Below, one piece after another: positions 1-8,932 of a stretch of 20,000 bases of DNA (position 1 is the stretch's first letter; every line of letters starts with the position of its first letter). This stretch comes from Chiloscyllium plagiosum (Eukaryota). Location: positions 49,712,358-49,732,357 of the forward strand of contig NC_057728.1 in assembly GCF_004010195.1 (NCBI RefSeq). The letters run 5' to 3'. The notes under the pieces are model-generated. The model saw only the letters and a program-made list of their open reading frames with translations. It searched no databases and was not told where the DNA came from. Both the position numbers and the translations under genes were made by a program.

Positions 1-605
1 GAAAGGAATGTTTAAAGTAAGACTACATCCAAATGCCATGTCTCTCAGTCTCTGGCTATCCCATGGAGCCTCAGGATATGGGACAGTACTGAAGGAGGCC
101 ATTTGGCCAATAATGCCTGTGCTGCCTAATTGAAAGAGTTTTCCATTTAGTCCTACACACCCTGCCCTTGTCTCTAATTTAGCCCCGTATGTTTTGCCTT
201 TCGAGCTGAGATCTGATTGCCTTTTAAAAGTTGCTGATTCGGCTCCCATCTCCCTTTTCTTTTGTCAGAGGTTGGTATTTCACTACTGTGCAATGTTTTC
301 AATTTAAATTGTGGATCCATCCAAACCCATCCATGTGAGGGCTGCTGGATTAGCAGATTAATGCCTTGGTACTGCATTTGCTATGGCAACATGACAATCC
401 AACTTCAAACCCTTATTGCCCAGTTCCCCCTTATCCTTCCTTCAGACTCGGCAAAGCCGCAGCCTCTGTGATCATCTCAACACCTCCAGTTTCCCAAGTA
501 CTCTGGGAAGTCCCTTCTGCCCCTTAAAAGTCATGATACATGTTTCAAGCCCCTTCATTCAGTTTTTGTGGTTCAGACATTGCCTGCTGCTTTTTATCCT
601 CACAG

Positions 606-716
606 GCAATTCTCTCAAGAAAGCTGCTTGTTCCAGAGATGGACGAAGTGATGCAGAAAGTGGCCAAACTTGCTGTGACTGGACAGAGTGACCAGGTCCG
701 AGTGCAGTGTCGTCAG
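606..716 (+). CDS. UTP20: UTP20 exon (AILSRKLLVPEMDEVMQKVAKLAVTGQSDQVRVQCRQ)
   Basis: Acceptor ttttatcctcacag|GCA, donor CAG|gtcagt; 111 nt, phase 0/0. Confidence 0.92.
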
Positions 717-999
717 GTCAGTGTCAAACCCCAGCACTGCAAGGTTCGGAGTTTCTCCATCCTTTACTACGGCATGTGCTGTAGATCTCAATCCGTTGCG
801 CTTGTCATTCCTATGAACCCAAGTGCTTTTTAATGTGTTGGGATTCTGTATCTGTGCACCTGGGACTTCCAAGTCAAAGCAAGATCAAAGTTGTTCACCT
901 TCCAAAATTTTGGTCATCACATGAAGCAACGAGAATAGAATTATTGACCAATCAGAGTGATCAGTTTCTATGACTGGTTCTCTTGTAGACTCTGACATA

Positions 1000-1160
1000 C
1001 GGTGTGGTACCCATGCAAGTGTATGTTGGTGTTCTTGACGAGTGCTCAGTGTACAAGTGTGAGTGTGTCAGTGTATGCATGCAGGTGTGTGTGTGTATCG
1101 GGGAAGTGAAGATATGGTTGGTTTTATTATATGTGTGGGCATGCATCTATGTGTGTGCCT
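1000..1160. repeat. Degenerate (TG)n-rich simple repeat
   Basis: Interrupted runs such as gtgtgagtgtgtc, gtgtgtgtgtgtat and atgtgtgtgcc. Confidence 0.7.
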
Positions 1161-1272
1161 TAGCCTTTGTTTTTCTGTGTCTCAAATTTGTTTCTGCATA
1201 AATGTTTTTTTTAGTATATTCAGTGCCCCCATTCTGTTGTAATCATTTTATCTGTTTGTTTCTTTGTGTCAG

Positions 1273-1352
1273 GTTTATTTGAAGTTTGTTCTGGATTATC
1301 CCCTGGGAAGTAAACTGAAGTCTCACCTTGAGTTCATTGTGGCACAGCTTTC
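1273..1352 (+). CDS. UTP20: UTP20 exon (VYLKFVLDYPLGSKLKSHLEFIVAQL+TC)
   Basis: Acceptor tttgtgtcag|GTT, donor TC|gtaagt; 80 nt, phase 0/2. Confidence 0.93.
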
Positions 1353-1466
1353 GTAAGTCATGTTTCATCTGGGACTGGTATTTCCTCATAAATTTGTTTC
1401 TTGAAAGAATGGAGTCCATTGCAACAGATCCATGAGGATGGGATCCCAGTCCAGGGATTGTTGAAT

Positions 1467-1990
1467 TGTGGCTCAGTGGTTAATGCATAAGCTTGTAAAT
1501 ACAAGTCTCATTCCACAGACTTGGAACATACGATCAAAGTGGCCAGACTGGAGTATTAAACACTTGCAGGGCATGGGAATGGAACCAGCTTAGTCAGAGG
1601 GTCAGTACTGAGGGAGTGCCACACTGTCAGAGGGTCAGTACTGAGAGAGCGCTGCACTGTCTGAGGGTCAGTACTGAGGGAGTGCCACACTGTCTGAGGT
1701 CAGTACTGAGGGAGCACTGCACTGTCCAAGGGTCAGTACTGAGGGAGCACTGCACTGTCGGACAGTCGGTGCTGAGGGAGTGCCACACTGTCAGAGGATT
1801 AGTACTGAGGGAGTGCTGCATTGTCTGAAGGACTGTTTTTTGATGAGATCACAAAATGAAGCCCTGCCTATTCTCTTGAGTTTGTGTTAAAGATCCTAAG
1901 ATAATATTTTAGTCACAATGACATGGAAACGAATTAAACTTTTGGTCTTATTGTTACTTGTTGTGAATTGGCTGCTGAGATTACAGCAGG
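1467..1990 (+). mobile_element. Decayed DeuSINE (SacSINE1-like) hosting an internal minisatellite expansion
   Basis: tRNA-like head gtggctcagtggtt, then cagacttgg, the AGTACTGAGGGAGTGCTGCA segment, gatgagat...aaagatcc and ttggctgctg, in the order I recall for shark DeuSINEs. Confidence 0.55.
1601..1831 (+). repeat. 33-bp minisatellite, 7 units (GTCAGTACTGAGGGAGTGCCACACTGTCAGAGG)
   Basis: Units start at 1601, 1634, 1667, 1699, 1732, 1765 and 1798. Confidence 0.95.
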
Positions 1991-2034
1991 TTTTACTGCA
2001 GTGCCGATGTGTATCTTTCTTGAGAGTCTTGTGA

Positions 2035-2135
2035 TGCAGTGGTAGTGTCCCTACCTTCTAGCTACATCCTGGTTCAGGTTCCACCTATCCAGAGGTGTGC
2101 TACGAAAGATCCGAGCAGATTCATTAAGGAAGTAA
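2035..2135 (+). mobile_element. Short degenerate tRNA-derived SINE
   Basis: gtggtagtgtccctacc...ggttcaggttccacc...ccagaggtgtg, with A-box and B-box-like remnants. Confidence 0.4.
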
Positions 2136-2333
2136 TTGTGCGTTCACTGAGCGGGGCAGTGCTTCTCTATTCAATCCACTCTCTGTGTACACTAAAAACA
2201 GAATGGCCATACATGGTGGTTGGCTTGGAGAAATCCGGATATAATAATTTAAGAGAAAGCACCTTGTAAAATAATAGTGAATGAAAACTGTATTAATGTT
2301 TTAAAAAATCTTTTGCTTCTGTCCTGTGTTTAG

Positions 2334-2403
2334 CTATGAACATGATATTGGAAGAGAATCTGCATTGGAAATGCTAGCTTATATCTTTCAATCCTTTCCA
2401 CAG
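2334..2403 (+). CDS. UTP20: UTP20 exon (S-YEHDIGRESALEMLAYIFQSFPQ)
   Basis: Acceptor ctgtgtttag|C, donor CAG|gttggt; 70 nt, phase 2/0 fits the previous exon. Confidence 0.93.
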
Positions 2404-2765
2404 GTTGGTTCATAAGATATTAAACATATACTTTATACCTGGCGTTGTGTGCTGATTAGTTGGCAAATAAACTCTGAAGGACTGAGATGTTGCTAAATTG
2501 AAAGCAATGGGATACTGTAGGCTTCCCAAGCTCAAAAAAGACCAAGATGTGAACCCATTCCTTTTAGTTACAGAGAATGGGTCCTTGTATATCAATTTGT
2601 GTCATTTCTTGTGAACCTGAATGAGCCATGTTAAATTGGTTCTTAGTGTAGCTATTGGCACATTCCGGATTATTCAGCATGTGTTGACCATTCCAATAAA
2701 CCCAGTGAAGAATTCAGGAGGAACCCCTTCAGTCATAAGATGAAAATGTGAAACTTCTGATCACT

Positions 2766-3099
2766 GCGGCACTGTGGCTCTGTGGTTAGCACTGCTGCCT
2801 CACAGCGCCAGGGACCCGGGTTCGATTCCCGTGTTGGGCGATTGTCTGTGTGGAGTTGGCATATTCTCCCCATGTCTGCGTGAGTTTCCTCCGGGTGCTC
2901 CAGTTTCCTCCCACAATCCAAAGATGTGCAAGTCAGGTGAGTTGGCCATGCTAAATTGCCCATGGTGTTAGGTGCATTAATCAGGGGTAAATACAGGGTA
3001 GGGGAATGGGTCTGGGTGGGTTACTCTGCACATGGTTGGTGTGGACTTGTTGGGCGGAAGGGCCTGTTTCCATACTGTAGGGAATCTAATCTAATCTAA
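2766..3099 (+). mobile_element. Near full-length HE1-like V-SINE
   Basis: Pol III box A TGGCTCTGTGG (2775..2785), box B GGTTCGATTCC (2819..2829), V-domain (ttctccccatgtctgcgtgagtttcctccgggtgctccagtttcctcccaca), and a CR1-type tail ending in (AATCT)3. Confidence 0.88.
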
Positions 3100-3377
3100 G
3101 AAGTGGTTGTGGTGAATATCAAAAGATAAAATGAAGGCAAAGCCAGTTGAAACACAAGGGGGAAGGAGATATAGGGATACGCTGACAAGGCAAGATGAAG
3201 AGGGTCAGGGGGACACTTACTGTTGAAGATTGTCACTGTTGGATCGAATAACCTGTTCCAAATCTGATGAATCTCTCTGAACTCTGATTAAATCTCCTCC
3301 TTGATGTTCCCAACTCTGAGAGGATTTTTCACAGCTTTTCAACTCAAAACTGATTTTGTTGCATCTTGAGCATTGTA

Positions 3378-3660
3378 ACAAAACCAGAAATAGCTGGAGA
3401 AACTCAGCAAATCTGGCAGCATATGTGAGGTGAAAGCGAGGTTAATATTCCAAGTACTCTAACTCCTCATCAGGCAATATCTGATACTGAGCTGCACGAG
3501 GTATTGGAGTTATATGAGGTACATTCTTCTGATGGAGTCACTTGGCTCAAAATGCTAATTCTGCTTTCTTACCACAGATGCTGCCAGACCTGCTGAGTTT
3601 CTCCAGCTATTTCTGTATTTTGTTTGAGAGCTCGAGCATCGGCGGTTCTTTGTTTTATTA
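3378..3660. mobile_element. Fold-back element made of two inverted Penelope-like terminal-repeat fragments
   Basis: Arms 3385..3427 and 3573..3615 match at 40/43 as reverse complements. Decayed CTGATGA-type cores at 3467..3473 (-) and 3529..3535 (+). Confidence 0.7.
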
Positions 3661-3706
3661 AATCCACATCTAACGTGTTTCTGAATGTCTTTGTGTCTGT
3701 CGGCAG

Positions 3707-3889
3707 GGTCTGCTTCATCAGTATTATGCCCTTTTCTTCATCCCTGTCACTCTGATGATTGTGAATGATGATTCACCGAGCTGCAAGAAGATGGCAGCTC
3801 TGGTAGCTCAGTCGTTGTTGAGCAAGGTGGACGAGAAGCACAAGGACCTGATGTTTTCGTTGGTCTTGACGTGGTTCCAAAGTGAAAAG
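3707..3889 (+). CDS. UTP20: UTP20 exon (GLLHQYYALFFIPVTLMIVNDDSPSCKKMAALVAQSLLSKVDEKHKDLMFSLVLTWFQSEK)
   Basis: Acceptor tctgtcggcag|GGT, donor AAG|gttggg; 183 nt; in frame with ORF 3755..3982. Confidence 0.93.
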
Positions 3890-3989
3890 GTTGGGGCTTG
3901 GGTCTGCAGCAGTTTGGGAGGATCATTAATGTTTGGGATTCACTTCCCTTGGAAGAGAGTTCTTAAATTTATTCAGAGCTGAGGTGATG

Positions 3990-4550
3990 TTTGGCTCATA
4001 TCCCTCAAAACCTTTCCTATTCATATGCCTCTCCAAATGTCTTTTAGATGTTGAAACTATACCTGCATCAACCACTTCCTCTGGCATATACGCACCACCC
4101 TCTGTGTGAAAAAGTTGCCCCTCTCAACTTAAAATTATGCTTTCTAATTTTGAACTTCCCCTACCTCAGGAAAAGCCCTTTGTTGTTTGCCTTACCTATG
4201 CCCCTCATGATTTTATAAATTCAATATGGTCACCCCTCAATCTTCCTCTGCGCCAGGGGAAAAAAGCCCCAGCCTATCCAGCCCCTCCATATAACTCAAA
4301 CCCTCCAGTCCTAGGAACATCCATGTAAATCTTTGTATCCATTCCAATTTAATAATATCCTTCCTATAGCACGGCAACTCGAACTGTATTCCAAAGTGGC
4401 CTCACCAATATCCTGCACCGCCACAACATGACATCCCAGCTGCTGTACTCAATGCTCTGACTGTTGAAGGCAAACTTGTCAAATGCCTTCTTCCCTACCC
4501 TGTCCACCACTTTCAAGGAATCTAGGTTTTTCTGTTGGACAGCACCAAGA
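3990..4550 (-). mobile_element. CR1/HER1-like LINE 3' fragment (decayed RT C-terminus)
   Basis: Minus-strand translation VDRVGKKAFDKFAFNSQSIEYSSWDVMLWRCRILVRP resembles the CR1 ORF2 C-terminal region and is followed by a CR1-type 3' end. Confidence 0.85.
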
Positions 4551-4774
4551 GTTTCAAAGAGGGAATTGCAAGTCTTGGGCCAGTGCTGACTCAAGGAATA
4601 GCTGTCTGTAGTGAGTCTAAAGACATGGGAAATATGCCAGGGGCTAGACCTGGACAATTCAGGATTGTGAGAGTTCTTGGCCTGAAGGAGATTGTATAGA
4701 TGGGTGAGTTGGCAGGCTTTATTTGAATGCAAAGAGATTTTTTAAATGTGACAGAACAATGCTGTTTAGTGTGA

Positions 4775-4878
4775 TGAGAGCAAAATCTGAAGTAAAACCA
4801 AATAATGCTGGAGCTCAGCCTGTCTCGCAGTATCTGAGAGAACATCTGAGTTACCATTTCAGCCTATGACTTTTTCAG
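4775..4878 (-). mobile_element. Old single-arm relic of the same Penelope-like terminal-repeat family
   Basis: aaaatctgaag...aatgctggag.ctcagc...gcagtatctg...gagttaccatttc is collinear with the left arms at 3385, 13455 and 14425. Confidence 0.5.
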
Positions 4879-4895
4879 TTATGTCCCTGTTACAG

Positions 4896-5027
4896 ATCTC
4901 TCACCGTCGACTGGCTGCCCATACTTGTGGGCTTTTTGTTGAAACTGAAGGAACCACCTTTGAGAAACGACTTGGGATCGTTCTTCCAATCCTTGAAGCC
5001 GCAATTGATCCTGGAAATTTCCAAGAT
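4896..5027 (+). CDS. UTP20: UTP20 exon (ISHRRLAAHTCGLFVETEGTTFEKRLGIVLPILEAAIDPGNFQD)
   Basis: Acceptor ccctgttacag|ATC, donor GAT|gtgagt; 132 nt; lies in ORF 4866..5063. Confidence 0.93.
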
Positions 5028-5121
5028 GTGAGTCCTGCTCATGCACCGTGCAGTTTTTATTAAAACTCCATGTTGGATTTGGGGATGGGGCTGGTCAGCT
5101 CACATAACAAACTTATTTTCT

Positions 5122-5336
5122 TAGCGAGTTTTGAGAAGATTTGTAGCTCAGGCTGAGGTTTTGGATTTAGGTTTGCTCACTGAGCTGGAAGGTTCATTTC
5201 CAGACATTTCATTACCCTACTAGGTAACATCTTCAGTGGGCCTCAGACAAAGCACTGTTGATAATTCCTGCTTTCTATTTACATGTTTGGGTTTCTTTTG
5301 ACCTTCCAGCTCAGCGAGCAAACCTATATCCAAAAC
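5122..5336 (-). mobile_element. Truncated Penelope-like insertion with partial inverted repeat, target-site duplication and hammerhead motif
   Basis: Flanking direct repeat AAACTTATTTTCT at 5109..5121 and 5333..5345; inverted arms 5158..5193 and 5301..5336 (34/36); hammerhead motif at 5200..5239. Confidence 0.8.
5200..5239 (-). ncRNA. Minimal type I hammerhead ribozyme motif (Penelope-like-element type)
   Basis: Minus strand reads CCA CUGAAGA U GUUACC UAGUAG GGUAAU GAAA U GUC^UGG: stem I CCA/UGG, intact CUGANGA and GAAA core, 6-bp stem II, GUC cleavage triplet. Confidence 0.7.
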
Positions 5337-5574
5337 TTATTTTCTGTGTAAATGCAGAATTGCAGTACTGTCTCATGAATTGAGCTCTAGCAGTATTGAT
5401 CAAGAGGAGCTATGTTAGTGTCTTGGATTTCGAAGGTCAAGGTGCATCTGTTAAAGCTCATGGGCATAAATGTGGCACACAGTTGCCCCAGTATGCGCTC
5501 TCATTATTCAGGGCTCGATCTGGGGCAGTCTGGCTGTGTTTCTCTAAGCCAGCCCTCACATGAAGAGAATACAA

Positions 5575-6110
5575 GAAACAGAGAGATGTAGATAGGTTAA
5601 ATAAATGCACAAAAGAGTGCCAGATGGAGAGGAAACGTGAACTTGTCAACTTTGGCAGGAAAAGTAGAAAAATGACATATAATTCAGCTTGCAGAACAGA
5701 GGTACAGAGGATTTTGCGTGAATCTTGCGAATCACAAGAAGAATGCAGGTGCAGCACCTGATTGTGAAGTGAAATTAAATGTTGTTTATTGCCAGGGAAT
5801 TTGAGTATAAAAACAGGGATGTTTTGCTATAGTTACATAAGATAATAGTTTCATGAGCAGTTCTGGTCTTTTATTTTTAAGCAAGGATATAATTGCCCTG
5901 GGAGCAGTTTGTAGGAGGCGAAGAGCCCGGGCACAGACGAGAGTTCTATTTAATGGTGAGATGTGGTGATCTGGAATACACAGTCTGAGAAGGGAGGAGG
6001 AGGGAAGTTCTGAGTAGAAATTGGATAAATATTTGTGAAGGGGATTACTTGCAAAGCTATGGGGAAAGAGCAGGAGATTGGGACTAAATTCCAAAACTGG
6101 CTGCCCTCCA
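5575..6110 (+). mobile_element. Old CR1-type LINE 3' fragment
   Basis: Decayed CR1 ORF2 landmarks (gatgtagataggttaa, actttggcaggaaaa, ttgagtataaaaacagggatgttttgcta, cagttctggtc, aaggatata) and a CR1-like 3' tail. Confidence 0.65.
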
Positions 6111-6112
6111 GC

Positions 6113-6350
6113 TTTGCTGGATAAAGTGTGGAGCTGAGAAAAGTGCAGCAGGTCAAGGAGAAGGGGAATCGACATCTTAGGCCGGAACCTTTCATCAGGG
6201 CTGGGGGAGGGGACTGAGAAATAAATGGGGGAAAGGTGGCTGTGATTGGTCAGTGGGAAAGGTGGAGCCGATATATGGGAAGGAAGATGGACAGGTCGGA
6301 TCAGGTTACGGGGACAGAGTGGAGAGGAAGGACTGGGCCTGGGATGAGGT
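6113..6350 (-). mobile_element. Penelope-like 3' terminal fragment with decayed hammerhead core
   Basis: Minus strand CCCTGATGAAAGGTTCCGGCCTAAGATGTCGATT...gacctgctgcacttttctcagctccacact is homologous to 6685..6770 and is preceded by a pyrimidine-rich tract. Confidence 0.6.
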
Positions 6351-6495
6351 GGGTCTCCAGCTCTGCTGTACAATTCTGATTAGAACATTTACATCTCTGG
6401 CCTTGCTCCTGACAAAGACAAATCTGATCCTGGATCCATTTCCGATCTAAGCTGGATAGCCATGAGTTTACAGTCTGTTTCTGGTCTTTGTTCAG

Positions 6496-6628
6496 ATCCA
6501 TGAGGAAGCGGAAGAGAAAGCCACAGACCGTTTGCTGTTCAACCTCTTGACTCTGACTGTGAAACTGGTGAAGAATTGCAACTTGGTCCAGCTGCTCAAA
6601 CCACACCCCATTCTCACCACGATCTGGG
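6496..6628 (+). CDS. UTP20: UTP20 exon (IHEEAEEKATDRLLFNLLTLTVKLVKNCNLVQLLKPHPILTTIW+G)
   Basis: Acceptor tctttgttcag|ATC, donor G|gtaggt; 133 nt, phase 0/1. Confidence 0.92.
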
Positions 6629-6679
6629 GTAGGTACAGTCCTTCCACTGCTGGTTAAACACCGGGCACTCCTCAAAAGC

Positions 6680-6814
6680 CTCATTCCTGATGAAGGGCTT
6701 ATGTCCGAAAAGTCGATACTCCTTCTCGGATGCTGCCTGACCTGCTGTGCTTTTCCAGCACCACACTCTTGACTCTGATCTCCAGCATCTGCAGTCCTCA
6801 CTCTCTTCCCTCTG
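6680..6814 (+). mobile_element. Short Penelope-like terminal-repeat insertion with hammerhead motif
   Basis: Flanking direct repeat CTCAAAAGC at 6671..6679 and 6815..6823; CTGATGA-A-GGGC-TTAT-GTCC-GAAA-AGTC at 6687..6714; homologous to 17020..17156. Confidence 0.75.
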
Positions 6815-6994
6815 CTCAAAAGCTGACCCAGGGGTGGCCAACAAAGTAGTGCTGCTGTCATCAAGTTTGTGTGGGGCTAGATGCGTGGGAGGGAGTGTGA
6901 GGGTGATGATGTTTAACTGTTTAGGCCATGTCTCATCTGCTCTGAGCTTTTAGGACCCAGATCTTTGTTATAATGGCTAATCTTTACACTCGAA

Positions 6995-7250
6995 AGAACC
7001 TGGAAAATAAGGTCTGGGCATTTAGCCCCTTGAAGCTGCCACTCCATTCGGATATCCTGTTGGTACTGAACCTCAGTTTCACTCTCCAACTTAATTCTCT
7101 CAGTGTCTAAGAATCTGTCGACCCCAACCTCAAATGTACTGAGTGATTAAGCAGCAACAGCCCTACACTGTAGGACATTTTGGAGATTGACAGCCCTCTG
7201 AGTCAAAATCCCTCTTATCTCAGTCTATATGGCTGACTCCCTCGAAACTG
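6995..7250 (-). mobile_element. Old CR1-type 3' end relic
   Basis: ggcatttagccccttgaagctgccactccattc...aagaatctgtc...acagccctctgag is the typical antisense CR1 tail pattern. Confidence 0.5.
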
Positions 7251-7269
7251 CAGGTACCCGTTTCCTTTG

Positions 7270-7865
7270 GTGGTAGGTTAGCGGGTGTAGTGATAATGTC
7301 TTTGGATTAGGAGGCCAGAGGACCAGGTAAATACTCTAGAGACATATCATTAAATTGTACCATGGCAACTAGTGGAATTTAAATTCATTTAAAAGTAATG
7401 TTCAATTAATAATTGAATGGTAGTCTTGTAGGGGATGGGTTAGTTGATTTGGCTGGATGGCTGGTTTGCGATGTGGGTTCCATTCCTACACCAGCTATGG
7501 TTACTGGGAAGGACTCCTTCATCTCCCCTCACCTGAGGCATGGAGGTACTCAGGTTAAACCACCTTCAGTCGTCCCTCTCTCCCGAATGAGAGAGCTACC
7601 CTAAAGCAACTTTATCTTTAGATTTGTTCTGGTGAGAATGAGACTATCACTGACTGTTGTAAAAAGCCATCTGGTTCATTATAATGCCCTTCAGAGGGGG
7701 AAATCTGCCATCCTTACCCAGTCTGACTCCAGATCCACAGTAATGTGGTTGACTCTTAACTGCCCTCTGAAATGCCTGAGCAAGCCACTCAGTTTAAGGG
7801 CAATTAGGAACGGGCAACAAGCTCTGGCCTTGTCGACAATACCCGCATCCCATCTAAGAATTTCT
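7270..7865 (+). mobile_element. tRNA-derived SINE (family also at 11795, 15100, 16045, 16360) interrupted by a second SINE
   Basis: Shares blocks ggaaatctgccatccttacc, gactccaga.ccacag.aatgtggttgactcttaactgccctctg and agggcaattagg with the other copies. Confidence 0.7.
7428..7620 (+). mobile_element. Nested tRNA-derived SINE of a different family
   Basis: Head ggttagttgatttggctggatggctgg, B-box-like ggttccattcc, internal hairpin acctgagg...ctcaggt, tail actttatcttt. Confidence 0.55.
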
Positions 7866-7932
7866 GAAAAGTACATTGAAGGGTTCATAAACTAGGACCC
7901 CACCAAACTCGAATCTGCTAACTCACCACCAG

Positions 7933-8129
7933 GTCACATCCAAGCTCATCTGTGGCACCCTCACTCCTGGGTTTGGCTCACCTCTGCCCAGCTGTTCGGA
8001 ATGCTGTTCGCCTCCTATCAACCTGAAGAGCTGGTGGCCAAGTGGAACTCTGGCAAGGCACTGATCACGGAACAGAATTCCATGGAGACGCCAGCGGCAC
8101 AGTTCTTGCTGGAAGAGCTGGACAGAAAG
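7933..8129 (+). CDS. UTP20: UTP20 exon (G-HIQAHLWHPHSWVWLTSAQLFGMLFASYQPEELVAKWNSGKALITEQNSMETPAAQFLLEELDRK)
   Basis: Acceptor caccaccag|GT, donor AAG|gtaggc; 197 nt, phase 1/0; contains the HPHSWVWL motif. Confidence 0.92.
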
Positions 8130-8449
8130 GTAGGCCCCTCCCGGAGAGAGAAGTGCTTTGATTCATGCCGTCCAGGCAAGACTGCAAATGTTGGTGAAAT
8201 GCTGTCCACTCATTGATTCTCCATAAAAACCAAAGGGGCTAAACCTCTTCTCCTGCACAAAGAGAGCTCAACAGTTGCCTGGGGAGATTTGGAAATGAAG
8301 GGTTTGACAAAAGAGTCATAGAGACCTTCTCTCCACTTGATAATGACACCAGGTGTACAGGCCTTAAAAAGTAGAGGGTCACAAGATAAACATCCTTGCC
8401 CACAGAAGGAAGGATATGGGGTTCATTAAAACGAGGAATGCTCTTCTTC

Positions 8450-8932
8450 AGCACTGGCATTCTGACACTGAGGCACTCCCTCTGACAGTGCAGCGCTCCT
8501 TCAGCGCCAACCCTCTCCCACAGCGGCATTCCCTCAACACCGACCTCCGACAATGCGGCACTCCCTCAGCACCGACCCTCTGACAGTGACTGCTCCCTCA
8601 GCACCGACCCTTTGACACTGTGGCACTCCCTCAGAACTGACTCTCCGACAGTGTGGCACTCCCTCAGCACTACCCTCCGACACTGTGATGCTCCCTCAGC
8701 ACCGACGCTCCCTCAGCACCGACACTGCGGCACTCCCTCAGTACTGACCCTCCGACAGTGCGGCACTCCCTCAGCACTGACCCTCCGACAGTGACCACTC
8801 CCTCAGCACCGACCCTTTGATACTGCGGCACTTTCTCAGCCCCAACAGTGCAGCACTCCCTCAGCACTGACCCTCCGACATTTCAGTGCTTCCTCAACAC
8901 CGACCCTCCGACGCTCCCTCAGCACTGACCCC
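8450..8932 (-). repeat. 33-bp minisatellite (about 14-15 imperfect units), reverse complement of the 1601..1831 array
   Basis: Repeated CACTCCCTCAGCACTGACCCTCCGACAGTGCGG with several internally deleted units. Confidence 0.93.

Noticed and set aside
1601..1831. CRISPR-like appearance of regularly spaced 33-bp repeats (also 8450..8932)
   Set aside because: The units are contiguous with no unique spacers, there are no cas genes, and the context is a spliced vertebrate gene; these are minisatellites.
2766..2835. tRNA gene
   Set aside because: A and B boxes are present, but the sequence continues into a V-domain and a LINE-derived tail, so it is a SINE head.
5786..6864. Long minus-strand ORFs (195 aa and 187 aa) and most other ORF-track entries
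   Set aside because: They run through repeat relics or antisense to real exons and show no recognisable protein. Only the UTP20 exons and the CR1 and PLE RT remnants make sense as coding.
6903..6946. Box C (GTGATGA) and box D (CTGA) pair
   Set aside because: The span is about 45 nt, too short for a C/D snoRNA, with no terminal stem or evident guide.
6629..7932. U12-type intron, suggested by the atypical acceptor
   Set aside because: The donor is GTAGGT, not GTATCCTT, and the branch motif is not TCCTTAAC.
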